This document shows positions 27,501 to 40,000 of a stretch of 64,000 nucleotides of DNA, piece by piece; positions within the stretch are counted from its first letter, which is position 1, and each line of letters begins with the position of its first letter. The position numbers and the translations under genes are program-made. The stretch covers positions 19,036,001-19,100,000 of the forward strand of contig NC_087436.1 in NCBI RefSeq assembly GCF_036321535.1, written 5' to 3'. The DNA comes from Camelus dromedarius. Lineage: Eukaryota. The notes under the pieces were generated by a model. The model was given only the letters and a program-made list of their open reading frames with translations. It was not told where the DNA came from and made no database searches.

Positions 27501-28118
27501 TAGCTTAAACAATTCTCTCTAGAATAAATAGCATCTTGACCTAGATTTTGATTATTATCTTTCGTTCAGTCTTGAAGAAGACCTTCAAACTCACTTGCCT
27601 GAGGCACTCCTGAGCTCCAGGTTTTTTCATGCTTATGAAAGAAAGATAAGACTCACTCTTGAGAAGTGAGAAATCCTACAGTCAAAACTCTGTGTGGGAT
27701 TATCTCTGTTTCCTTTAACAACATCACATCTTTGTAGATCTTCAGTTTATTATTATCAATTCATTTGACTCTTTAACCATAATCCATGGGTGTCATGTGT
27801 TAGCCTTACTACAACCAAAGAGTAAGAGAGGATACGGTTCAAATGTAGACCAGTAGGTGATTTGATTTTGGAAGTAATCATTTCTAACTACGAAATGAAA
27901 ATTGCAGTTTAAACAAGTATGACTAATGGCTAAAAGCCTGGAAGCAAAGAGGTCACATAAAACCGATAAAGGGTGAAGGTAGACTAGTGGAGTCGCTTGC
28001 TGGGGCTGAGTCAATGGCTCAAATGGAAACAGGGGTGGTGGTGGGCAGGGAATGGGAAGGCCTGTCCAGGGAGAAGCTGGCTATAGGGGATGGTTACACT
28101 GGGACTTCAGCTAACTTT

Positions 28119-28187
28119 GGTTTTGTTTTGTTTTATTTTGTTTTTAACGTTTTTTATTGATTTATATTCATTTTACAATGTTGTGTG
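28119..28187 (-). mobile_element. Extremely 5'-truncated L1 tail insertion
   Basis: T-rich tail plus tttttattgatttatattcattttacaatgttgtgt, flanked by TSD agctaacttt (28109-28118) / agctaatttt (28188-28197). Confidence 0.7.
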
Positions 28188-28435
28188 AGCTAATTTTGAT
28201 TTTACTATATGCACATGACTCCCAATCTCCAAATCTCAAGCAAATAGTAAGTGCACATTAAAGAATTATTTTATGAATATTGTTAAGCATAGTGATAATA
28301 GCCTACTGGTTTAGATGTCAACAAAGCAAAGTTCTCTATTCAGTGTCAGAAGCAAGTTTCTATATTTATTTAAGTTTTCCTTATTACATATCATGTTAAC
28401 ACTTCCTCTTCCAATCCCATTTCTGGTTTTAACTA

Positions 28436-29013
28436 ACAGCAGCCCAGGGGTCACACCAGTCCTTCTATCCTCACATCAATAGATGGGAGCCTCTATTCGG
28501 GAACCTTTGTGGGGGCCTGGGTGCCTTTGGGAGCCTGAGCTGGAGCCGGAGCTGCAGCTGAAGCTGTGGCCTTGGTCTGAGCCTTGTCCTTGTCCTTTGG
28601 CTGACGGAGCCTGAGACCCTTGGCGATCCGGGCACGAGCACGTTTCCCGAGCTTGGGGTGAGCAATGTAGGCAAGTCGACTGAGCTCGCGGCTGCTGCCC
28701 TCTGGGACCTTGGGCTTGACCTCCTTGGGCTTTCCGAGAGCCTTGATAGCCTCAGCACGTGCACTCATGGCCTTGGTGTTGTTGGCCTGCATCTTCTTCA
28801 GGCCCTTCTTGGTGTGCTTCTTGGCAAAGCGCATGTTCCTCAGGAACTTGGGGTCCACCCCCTTAAGAGATTCGTATCGTTGTGATCGGGGTTTTTTGAT
28901 GCCATTTCTGTGCCATTTTCGGGACTGGTTGTGTGTGGTGTGGTTCTTCGACGTGGTCGTGTCTGCACTGGGGCCGGGAGATCCCGAATCGCCTGGGACA
29001 GGAAGAGAAAAAG
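28436..29013 (-). pseudogene. RPL29: Processed pseudogene of 60S ribosomal protein L29 (eL29)
   Basis: Intronless; 5' TOP tract CTTTTTCTCTTCC (29013-29001); frame 28960-28493 reads (ACG)[48 protein letters not shown]...; start codon is ACG; partial 3'UTR; no poly(A). Confidence 0.96.
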
Positions 29014-30520
29014 TACAATCAGTATTCTGATTACTTCCAAATATATGTCACTCAAACTGAGTCTCAGACCTGCTTATTCAATAGCTTCCTTGACATCTTA
29101 CCCCTTAATATGTCACTGATATCTCAAATTTAACAGGTCAAAATAGCACTCTGGATTTGCCCTCTCTGTGTTCTACCTGAGAAACCCAACTTTACCTTCA
29201 GATTTCTCCATTTCAGTAAAGAAATCACCATACTCCCAGTTGCTGAATCCAAATGATTTGGTAGACTGCATTCAAATTTTTCCTGACTCTTCTCTCTCTG
29301 TCTCTCTCTTTTTTAAAAACTATACTCCATTTCTACCACCCTAATCCCAGCCACTTCACTCTCTCATCTAGACTAATGAACGTAGCTGCCTTCTGAGATG
29401 TCTTCCTGTTCACTCTGGTCACCCCATAGCCCACCCTTCACAAGTAACCAGGAAATGCCTAATCATATCACTCTCCTATTTAAATCTCTCCAATGACTTT
29501 CTAACACACTTAATAGTAAAATCAAATTTTCTTACCATGTCTTAAGGTCCTATGTCGTCACCCTTCAGCCTCATCTCAAATGTAGTCCTGTTCCCTTGGA
29601 TCATGGCCCTTCAGCCAAAAGTACATTCTGACTGGGGGCCATGGATTGACTTCTATGTTCTGTAACAAATTGCTACAATTTAACAAGGTAGAACAACACA
29701 TCTATTATCTCATAGTTTCTGTGGGTCAGGAGTCCAGGCATGGCTTACCTGGATCCTTTGCTTAGGGTCTCACAGGCTCCAATCAAGGGACTGGTCAAGA
29801 TGGTGTTCTCATCTGGAGGCCCAGCTAAGGAAGCAGCAAGTTCCCCACTGGTGTGGGTTTCAAAAGCATTCAGTTCCTTTTGGCTGTGGTTTGCCAACAA
29901 CAGAAAAAGAGTGAGAGACTGGACTGAGTCTGATAGCAAGATAGAGTCTTATATCACATAAGAGGAGTGACAGCTCATCTTTTGATTGGTTAGAAGCATG
30001 TCACAGATAACACATACACATACACTTATGGGGAGGGAATTATCCAAAGATACATACACCAGAATGAGTCAGTCATATGGAGGCACCTGAGCTGTCTGTC
30101 TGCCACAGGTCAACATACCCACTCTGCTCCTACCTCTGGAGCTTCGCTTGTTTTACTCCATCTACCTGTGATGTTCTTTTCCCAGATCTGCCCCTGACTT
30201 CTCCATTCCCTCCTTCACTCAGGTTTCAGCTTAAATGTCATATTCATATGGAGGCCTTCTCTAAGAACTCAGTCTAAACAAACATCCTCCAACCCACACA
30301 CAGACACAGACACACACACCCTTACCTCATTACACCACCTTATTTTATCTTATTCATCGCCCTGAAATCATCTTGTTTACTTGTTTACTATTAGTCTATC
30401 AGTACCCCCACCAGAATTTAATGTCCAAAAGGCCCATTAGACTGGAGACCTGTGTGTCTTGTTTAGTACTGTACTTTCAGCATTAAGTAGTAGCATGTAC
30501 TAGCATAAATAATGTTGTTG
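29014..30520 (+). mobile_element. LINE-2 fragment interrupted by an MLT1 LTR
   Basis: ctgattacttccaaat...tccttgacatct...atctcaaatttaaca; resumes after 30108 with tcactcaggtttcagcttaaatgtca. Confidence 0.7.
29642..30107 (-). mobile_element. MLT1-type (ERVL-MaLR) solo LTR
   Basis: ctgtaacaaatt...ttatctcatagtttctgtgggtcaggagtccaggcatggctta...tctgccaca; near-TSD ggcca/ggtca. Confidence 0.8.
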
Positions 30521-30555
30521 GGTAAATTTAAAATAATACTGGAATAAATAGCTGA

Positions 30556-30646
30556 TAGTTTATAATTTTACTTAGGATAAAGAACTGAAAGAATTATAAT
30601 ATTAGTTTATAATTTTACTTAGGATAAAGAACTGAAAGAATTATAA
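30556..30646. repeat. Tandem duplication: two identical 44-bp copies, 47-bp period
   Basis: tagtttataattttacttaggataaagaactgaaagaattataa at 30556-30599 and 30603-30646. Confidence 0.95.
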
Positions 30647-33562
30647 GATTACCATTTGAAAAAATTTTAAATGAATACATTTATCAAAACCCTGTTCTAA
30701 AAATTAGTCTGCTAATGTGAGCAGCAAAGTATAAAACAATATTTGGAATACCAAAGTCTGAATTAAAATGTATAATTATTTATACCTTCTTATTTTAAAA
30801 GGATTATGAAGGAGAAGGATAAGACTTACAAAATTTTACGTCTGCAGTGATAATTCTCTTCCTAAATAAGTAATCACTTGTTTACATGGAGAGTAGCGCA
30901 TTCATGTATATATGGTAATGCGTCTTTTTGTGAATTTTGCAGAGTGTAATCACAAAATTTCATCTCGATTTAGATAACTCATTTGCCTTCCCAAGTTGGA
31001 AAAATAGGACAATTGAATGGTTGTGCTCCTTACTGGGGTAAAAGAGATATTTAAGATACTGAAGTAAGCTTCTCTGCAGAATTCCATGGGAAGGCAGGCT
31101 TTGATGAAAACATTAGCTCCATGTCTAGTTTATAGCCCTGCAGTTTCCAAAAGAAAAATATTTACCAGTTCACTAAGAAATAATCAGGAAGCAGAAACTG
31201 ATTTACATTAACCCAAAATTGTAGAAACTAGTTCATACACCAGATTGCCAATGTATGTTCAAATCTGTATTCAACAAGGCCACAAATCCTCACTCTTGAC
31301 TTAGGACATAACTTCCCATTTCACTGCAGAAAGCAAATCATAGATCACAAGGTCCACTGGTGAGCACTGGTTGAGATGAGAAGGGTGGAAAGGGTGGTAG
31401 ATGGCTTTACAAGACGTGCCTGCCAGGCTTTGACTGCCTGTGGAGCTGCATCACCCCTGGGGGGCTTCTGGCTTGGTGACTGGAATTGGCCGTTGGAGTC
31501 AGCCCCAGCTTCTCGGAGACTGCAATAGGGTGCTTGACAAATTCTTCCTCATCTACTGCTTTCTGTTTTTTTGTCAGTCATGACATTATCTCTTCCAGGC
31601 AACTTATATTTTAGTGGAATCAATTACAGGCACGATTTCCCAAAATTACAACTAGGTCTTTATAACCACAAGTCCTCAGTCTCAGAGGCAGCACTTTTTC
31701 AAAGCACTTTGTACAGTGGGCCACCTTCACAGGTGCTATGTGTGCCCTTGAGACTTGATTTCCACAGCTCTCAGTTTCACTTGATAACCTCTTCCTCTTA
31801 CTGTTCTCAAACTCTCTTGGCACATCCTCTTTGGTACCTGTGGCTTCCTATGAATCGACTGTATGCATTGCTCTTTATTAAATAATCATCTGCTTGGATC
31901 GTTTTGGTGGCACTAACAGAAAAACACTGAAAAATATTTTCGTTATGAATTTCATCAATATTTTAGAAGAATCAGCTATTGGAAAACATCTGAAATTTTC
32001 TATCGCAATTTTCAACTTTTTATCTCTGGGACAGAAGGTGATGAAGAGAAAAGTGGAAACACTGAAATAAGCAATCTGGATGTCAAATTTATTGAAAATA
32101 TTTTACTCTGCTTTGGATGTGTTGTTGGAGCAGTGAAAAATGACATTGATGTGTTCTTCTGGAATTTATGTGTTTAATGACTTATGGGATGAGCTCTGTC
32201 TACTGAGAACGCTTACAATGGTACTTTATTTGATCTTCAGCAGCACTGCTGTCTCCATCTCATCTTTCAGTCTGAACATTTTTAAAAAGGAGAGGTGATT
32301 TGGAGAATTTTCAAGGCTTATTATGTATTTCAACTGAGACATCCATTTTTTTTTCTATTAGGAAACTGGTAGGAATCATCAACCCAGCAAGATTCTTCTT
32401 TTACAAAAATAAGCCTTCTATCTATGAACTTCGTATAAAATTAAATACATAAAGTAAGTTCATTTTATTTGTGGGAAGCTCTTGTTCAGTTAAAACAGTA
32501 GATAGCCTTCTGCAACATTAAGGGTCTCTTCTCTCCACAAAACTACCTATCATTTCAAAACAGTTTTGGGGTCAGAAGAGGGAAAAGTGTAGAGCTGTGA
32601 AAAAAGAATGGAAGAATCACTTGATGGAACACTCAGAAATTCTGGAATGAATTCTGGAGTCACTATCTTTTTGCGATTTAAGAAAAGCTTTCTCTAAGTT
32701 TTCCTTCTCTAGTCACCTGAGTCAAAGCCATGCATTTCTATATGAAGTGTAAATTGCTGTGTTATTCCAGTTGTTGGGATTGGAAAAGGGCCAAAATGAG
32801 CAATGAAGGAAGCACACCAGGAGTTTTGGAAGGCAGGAAGGGAAGCAGCAATGATTCCAGTGGTGGAATCCAGGCTGACTAGGGTGCTGAGATCGTGCTG
32901 TTCCTTCTGGAGAGAGGAAGTCAGTGAAAGGTGCACTGATGAAGGACAAGTGCAGAGATACGTGCAGTACATTAATGAGGTGGCAGGTGTAGGATGGGTG
33001 GGGCGGATGCTATTAAGACGTTTCAATAATAAATAATGGCGTGCGAATCAAAATGATTGCTATTGTCGACAGGAGGTAGTCAACTGGATGATGTGGAAAC
33101 TATCTTAATGCTGTGATTTGGGAAGAGAAGAGATCTCACCCTCAGAGGGACCATCCCCAACTGTGAGACATAACTAATCAAAGTCACTAGAGGAGGAAAT
33201 ACTTTGGAGTCAGAAAATCTGAATAAATCCCTAGTCTACCATTTATTAGCTGGGAAAACTGAAGCAAAACAGCAGAACTTAAAGCCTGCTGCATGTCTGT
33301 GGGTAGCTTCACAAAGCAGAGGCAGAACTAATCTTGCTCAGGCATAAAACAAGTTCCTCAAACAAATAAAGACTCAATAGCTGGCACATTGGTGCTGACC
33401 TTGAATGCATTCAGGGGCAATGCAGTCTAGTCCAAGCAGTAAGAACCAAAGTCTCTTGAATTACCCATTCAGGAAAGGTAGAGTATTAATCAAGGTCTTA
33501 TTTGCAAAGAGCAAAAATCAACTCTGGCTAATAGAAGCAGGTACAATTTTATTAAAAGTGTA

Positions 33563-33675
33563 TAAGGAGGTGAAAGACCTGTACTCGGAAAACTATAAGA
33601 CACTGATGAAAGAAATTGAAGACAACACAAACAGAGGGAAAGATATACTGTGTTCATGGATTGGAAGAATTAATA
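33563..33675 (+). mobile_element. Isolated internal L1 ORF2 fragment
   Basis: Encodes KEVKDLYSENYKTLMKEIEDNTNRGKDILCSWIGRIN, the L1 ORF2 segment just after the RT core. Confidence 0.9.
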
Positions 33676-36084
33676 TGATGCACACAGTCGTTGGCTGGGA
33701 GTGACCCATGAAGGCTGAGGAAACACAAATTTCAAAACACAGTAATTGGGACTCTTGATTAATTACACTCCCTGTAGTTAGCAGTCTCTGAGGTACATTC
33801 TCATAGCCACTGCAATGGATAATATATCCTTAATTATCTTATTATTCTAGAAAAATATTAAGATGTTACAGCTAAAACTGTTCATGGAACCACTGAATTT
33901 TTTTTCACACTTTGGTTTGTTACATCCAAAATTCTGCCTTCCTGGCTATGTTATTAATTTTCATCGATCTTGTATTTTTTCCTATGATCCTTTATGGTAC
34001 TTAAAAAACTTAATTAAGTCACGTGGTCTCATTATTATTATAGTAACGAAGAGGGCCATGAGAGATGTATTACCATGAGAGAACAATGGTCACTAAGCTG
34101 GCCTTCGTCAGGTGGCTGTTTCTGGACAGATTACCCTAGTCAAAGACCTGTTCGTCAGTTTGGAGATCCAGAAACGTGACTTTGCAGCATACCCAATGGT
34201 CATCAACCTTAGTAAGGGCTTTAACCCCAAATAAACAAACTCATACATGTTGACACACAAACTAAACGCCAGTGCATTAATTTGCAGTGAGAATATAACT
34301 TCCAGAGAACATAAATATTCATGGCAGTTAGTCAGAGCATACTTTCCATCCATTTAGGAATCTCTACATAGAGAAGGAAATTATACTTACTGCTTGGTAA
34401 GTATGGGATCAGTGGAAAGAGAGTTAATTAAAAGCATAATTTAAGAGAAAAGCTTTGGAGTCAGCTAGACCAAAGTTCTTTGTAGAATGTTCTTGTAAGT
34501 AACCAATTTTACCCATAAAAGATTGATGAATTCTTTATTTTATTTTCAAATAATTACTTAATTTCAATCTTTTTTCTGAGGGGTATTCATAATTTTTCCC
34601 ATGTCCTAGCTATAACTAATACTATAAAATCAACATCTATTCCAACCATAACCCTCAATTAACAAGATTAATAAGTATGTTACTGTGTGTTCAGTTTTTC
34701 ACTGCCTTGGTGGGAGCTCAAAGTTTTATACTGCTATATTGTTTTGGAGATGGGTTCATCTTCCACGGCTCTCTGCCTCTGTATTCTAGAATTGATTTTA
34801 TGTCCAAAAAGTCGAGGTTTTCTGCCATTCTGTTGCCTTCATTATACTCGACACACCTCTATTTTTTTTTTCAAGCCTCAAAATCACATTTCAAGCACTA
34901 GCTCCTCTGTGAGCTCTCTGAGCTCTTTCGTGACTGCCAAACATCCATTCAGTCCTGGGCAGCTGTGTGATCCCTCCTGGAGGCACCAAATGTGATGTCA
35001 TCTTTACAGCACTTGTCATGTAGTACTGTGGACATCCCCAGGATGGGATGATCCAGGGAGAAGTATCAGCCTTGATGGTCTGTGCTTTAAAGTTCCATTG
35101 GAATAACTGGTTGTGCAAACTGGGCTGCAGGCAGGTAACTAACTGGGTGTAAATGCCTGGGATGCCTGAGTTTTCAGTACCAGAGAAGAAAGAGTCCAAT
35201 CTAAGTGTCAAGTTTAAGACCCTATATGGGAGATGAATTAGGAGCAGAGAGGATTAGGAATAGACTGGGGAGCAGAAGGTAATGGTAGAAGACAAGGACA
35301 TCAGTCCAGTTCTCTCTGATGCTGGTGAAGATGGGGCACAGAGCTTGAAAGCAAAGAAACAGCTGTCTTTTCTATCTGTTTGTCAGCTTCTAGGCTCTGA
35401 GTTCACTGAGGACATGACTTACCTTTATATTCTACCCTAGCAGACCACCTGGTTTGTTAACATGATGGATGGATGGATAAAGGGATGGATTTAGACTTTC
35501 AAATTTCATGTTTAAGACTGCTACTTTCTATTTTTTTCTGTTATGTTTAATTCAGTTTTTATTTATACTTTTATTCAATAAGTTATTACCCTGTGAGACT
35601 GAACTGGAAGTTACAGTAGAATTTTACTAAATGTGATATTTGTCATCTTGTTTATAACAGTCTTCCAAAAATGTTGTTATATTCTAGATTTTTGTTTGTG
35701 AATTTAGAATTCTCCTTGCATATACACAGTTAAGCCTCTGTCCTTGAAGAATGGGGAATTTCATTTCTGAATTGCATTGGAAAAATACTGATATACCTCT
35801 TAATATCTTAGAATGGGATTTGTATACATAAGTAGCTGGATGGATGTATATGCATGTGTATATTTCTTATTATGGACACAGATAATTATGATTTCAAGAG
35901 ATTTGACAACTACTGAAACATATTATTTTATGGAACTTTGTTTCCGCTTGTGGAAAACATTACCACCATACCTTTATCCAGTGTGTGAAGGTGCAAAATA
36001 ACGAATAAAATGAACAATAAAGCGTATATGTAGTTTCAAGTTCAAATGGTAATTTTTTAATTAGCAGATCTAGCAGTCTGAGAA

Positions 36085-36132
36085 AACAGAATTGCACCAG
36101 TCAGAACCAACAGAATTGCACCAGTCAGAACC
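36085..36132. repeat. Perfect 24-bp tandem duplication
   Basis: aacagaattgcaccagtcagaacc twice. Confidence 0.95.
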
Positions 36133-38301
36133 AAAAGTGTGAAATTGCTGGAAAAAAAAATGAGCAAGTAAGTTTTAACACCAGCCGATATTTGTAAGAC
36201 ATTATTAAAGAAAGCTGGTTCTTTGTGTACTTTGGATTTTAAAACAGTGTGGTTTGTACACATTAAGAAAAAGAAAACAACTAAAACTAGATTAAAACCA
36301 AGGAAACATACATTAGATATTCAAGAAGGTTTTCAAGCTGAAGAACTCCTGAAGACTTCCCAGGCATCTTAAATGTTGATGGTTTTAAGGAAATCATTTC
36401 CCAGACCCTCAGCTTTCACATGTGCTCATTCCTAGCCTTGGAATGCCTGAGTATAATGCCTTCAGTTTGCTGCTTCTCCTGTTCCAGTCCATTTTCATTT
36501 TACCAAATCTTGCCAAACAAAAGGACAATTTGAGAATGCATAATTTGAAAAAACTTCACTGATTCTATCTGATTGAATCTTAAAAGCTATTTTCCTAGAT
36601 TCTTTTAACTGTAAAACATTTTTTTATGACAATTACAAGGGCGTTATATACACTGGTAAAATCTATAAAAAGGCTTTCAACTCTAAATTCAGTATAAAAA
36701 TTATTACTTGCAAGCATCAATAAGCAAACAGCTTTTTGTTTTTACCCTAGAATATCTAGTGCAGGGCACTGTTTATGTAAGATCGATAAATATTAACTAG
36801 ATTTCCCCACCTGATTTATTGTACAATTGGAAAACATTTAAACCTCAAAAAGGTTTTATAATATTTTCAGCCAGGTCAAAAACTCATCATCATTTGACTA
36901 TATAAACAGGATATTGTGGCCTAATTTTATCAAATCTCTATGTAACAATAGAAAAATAAATATAGTAGTATACACACTTTAGTGCAATTTCTTAATGGAA
37001 TCTTGAGTTTTCAGCAATTACTTTAGAAAGCATGTAATATTCTCAAGTGTTTAATGTGAATAATTGATATTATCTGTAATTAATACCTACTAATGTGAGA
37101 TGAAATTTTATTATCTCATTTGTAATACTTTCCTAATTATTATGTTAAGTTAGTATTCTTTAGTTGTTAGGAATAAAAATCAACTCTGGCTAACTTTTGA
37201 AAAATTAATTTATTAGAATGATATTAAAGGCCCATAAAACCATTGTGAACCAGACATGGGAAGAACTGATATCGGGGCAGATCCTGGGGCTAGAAAACAA
37301 GAATTATGGTTATTATATCAGGGCAGGATATTATTGCTGCAGACACGATGAGAGACCATAATTCTCATCAGACTCCGAAATCCAAAGATAAGCAAATAAA
37401 CATTTTGGTTGGGTGTGTACATTTTCAGCAAATTATCCTTTCCATTGTAGTATCCATCCATCTAACCCCTCATCCCAAACTTCACTGAGGGGAGAGACTC
37501 CTGTATTTTCACAAGATGTACATCATTCATTTTGGCGTGTATTTATAGTGCCAAGGCATGGAGGGTGCCTGATATTTCTTGTTCTCCAGATTGTATCAGA
37601 TAACCTGTCAGTGCAGTGATCTAGCCTGACAGTCTGTGAGACGGTAAGATAATTAAGGTCCCTGTGAATTAAATTGCAGCAAAGATCCAGAGTTGACAGA
37701 TTACTGAGTTGAAAAATAAAAGTGCACTGCTGTCCCTGCTAGGTAAAGGCAAATTGCTTCTGTTTGTTGTCTGTTAATCAAAATATAAGATCAGGGGATT
37801 ATGTGCCATATACCAGGCACCCCAGCAAGAAGGCTCTATTTAGAACAGCAGTGCAGTGAAAGCTACCATTTGATTAACTTTCCATTCTTCAAGACACAAA
37901 TCTATTTTGTCCAACTAAACCAGAGTATTAAATGGAAATATACAAAGAATTATCACTCTTAAGTTTTTCAAGTCTGAGATTCCATCAGTGATTCAGCACT
38001 ACTTTTGATTTACAGTTTTGGTAGGGGAGTGTGGGGTTAGCTTGCAGCTTGATCCATGGCAGCTTTTCTTTAACTCCAGGGATACCTAGAGCCATGGTGC
38101 TCTCCCTCAGCCAAGATACGAATGAAATGTACTGGCTAGTGACATTGAATGTGCTATTTAAAGTCTGAAAATCCCCTGAAAGCACTCTGGACTAGCTTGT
38201 CTACATTGCTTATTAAAAATATGTGGATTGATAATCTGCACCTGTTTTGCCTGGTTACATAGCCTATTTTGGCTATGTGGTGGAGTATATGAGACCCTTG
38301 G

Positions 38302-38424
38302 GTGAAAAGGGAACCCTTGTACATTGTTGATGGGAATGCAAATTGGTACAGTCATTATGGAAAACATATGGAAGTTCTCAAAAAATTAAAAATAGAACTA
38401 CCATATGACCTAGCAATCTCACTC
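38302..38424 (+). mobile_element. Isolated internal L1 ORF2 C-terminal fragment
   Basis: Encodes [40 protein letters not shown], a degenerate L1 ORF2 C-terminal segment. Confidence 0.88.
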
Positions 38425-39599
38425 ATGACAGCTGGTTCCCTAAGCTCTAACCCTAAAAGAAACTCAAGGAGACGTGACTTGCCTGCCTCATTCACTATGA
38501 AAATTCTCCCTTGGGGAGGAAACTTGGAGAAAAACAGTCCTGTTTAGACAACAAATAAAAGAAACTCAGACCAGACATCTAGTTCTTCTTTCTTAAATAT
38601 TGATTGACATCTGTAGCACTGATGCATAAAGGAAGGTGCATGGAATTCACAGACCTCAAAGCTGAAAAGGCAAGGAGCACTGGAACAGAATTCACACAGG
38701 TCACAGTGGAGTTGTGTTAAGGAGCTGCTGGAAAGTGAGAAATGAGTTCATGAGAACAGAATGGACCTTACTGATGTGAGAGATCACGGAGAGCCCAGTC
38801 ACAGGTAGTCACAGTGATCAATTGAATATGTAATGTGCCCTTCCTCGGTGGAAATCATTTAGCAATTTATTGCAGCAAATTGGATGTTGGAATGAAAGTG
38901 TGGTTATGGTTGTTACGCTTGTACTCTGAACAGAATCGATTTTTGGTTAATAGAATGACTGGCGTGAACAGTATTGCTAGCTCACTCTCCTACAGGCTGT
39001 GACAGTAGGCATGAATAAAAGCCCCACTTTCCAGCACATCTGTATTTGAGGAGTAGTAAGCAGCAAGTCTCACTTTTTCCCTCCATCTGTACCAGACAAT
39101 GAGCAAGGACGCTCACGTCCTTACACTTGCATGTGAGAGAAGGGATGGAATCGTAGGCTGGGATTAATGAGACTGGAGTTAAGTCGTTGCAAACATAAAA
39201 TCTGGAGTTTGGGGTAAAAATTTAAATATATATAAAGACAGGACGCAGGGAGAGTGTGAAAAACACCTTGAGTTTTTAGCTCACCACAACTCAAACTTGG
39301 ATTATCTCTCTGGAGACAGGATTGGGAAAAGTGTTTACGTGGGGCAGGGAGATGGTTCTGACTGCCACAGAGGCTGAGGAAGATGAGAATGAATGATTTC
39401 TCCAGCATGAACAAGTGGCTTAGGGTCTTGGGTGTTTTGAATGCCAAGGTGAGCATTTTTTCATCAATCAGTGGACGACAGGGAAATGTTGCAAAATATT
39501 GAGAATGCAGTGCCATGAAGGAAATGATTCAGGGCGGCAAACTTGAGGCCCTTGGGTTAGGTGAACTAATTTCTGAAAGCAGTCTAACTTCTGAGAGCG

Positions 39600-40000
39600 G
39601 TCTGGCGGGAAAAACCTGCTAGATCTGGAGACTCCGCCCAGCCCCAAGAGGCTCCGCCCCCTCCAGGCTCCGCCCCCGCGCCCAGGAGCCTGGAAGCTGC
39701 CCCAATCCGGAGCCCCGGTTTAGCCTAACCCCGCCCCTGCCCTCCCGCCCCTCCCCCTCTGTATCCCTGGAGACGCTCTCGCGTCCTCTCAGCGCGGGCT
39801 GCGTGGGCTGCGCGGGGTCTCTGAACCAGCGCGGAAACACCCGGCAGCGCCGGCGCCCGGGTCGTGCCACCGGTGAGGGACGCACTTCGGCGGAACGGAA
39901 AACCAGAGCTGTTCCCCAGGGCTAGTCCATCGAGGTTCGTGACAAAGTCCTGGAAGAGACGGGTTGTTCTTCCAGGCGGTCCCTCTTCGGACCCCACAGA
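39600..40000 (+). promoter_or_regulatory. TTC29: CpG-island promoter of TTC29 with GC boxes, CCAAT, an E2F site and an RFX X-box-like site
   Basis: Strongest CpG/GC-dense segment of the window; repeated CCGCCC at 39630-39750; CCAAT near 39702; TGGCGGGAAA 39603-39612; GTATCCCTGGAGAC 39761-39774. Confidence 0.85.
39780..39872 (+). other. TTC29: Probable non-coding exon 1 of TTC29 (start approximate)
   Basis: Donor CCG|GTGAGG at 39873 inside the CpG island, upstream of the coding exons. Confidence 0.65.

Noticed and set aside
30556..30646. CRISPR-like direct repeats (also 36085-36132, 15930-15957, 55031-55063)
   Set aside because: Two or three adjacent copies with no spacers in a mammalian genome; simple tandem duplications
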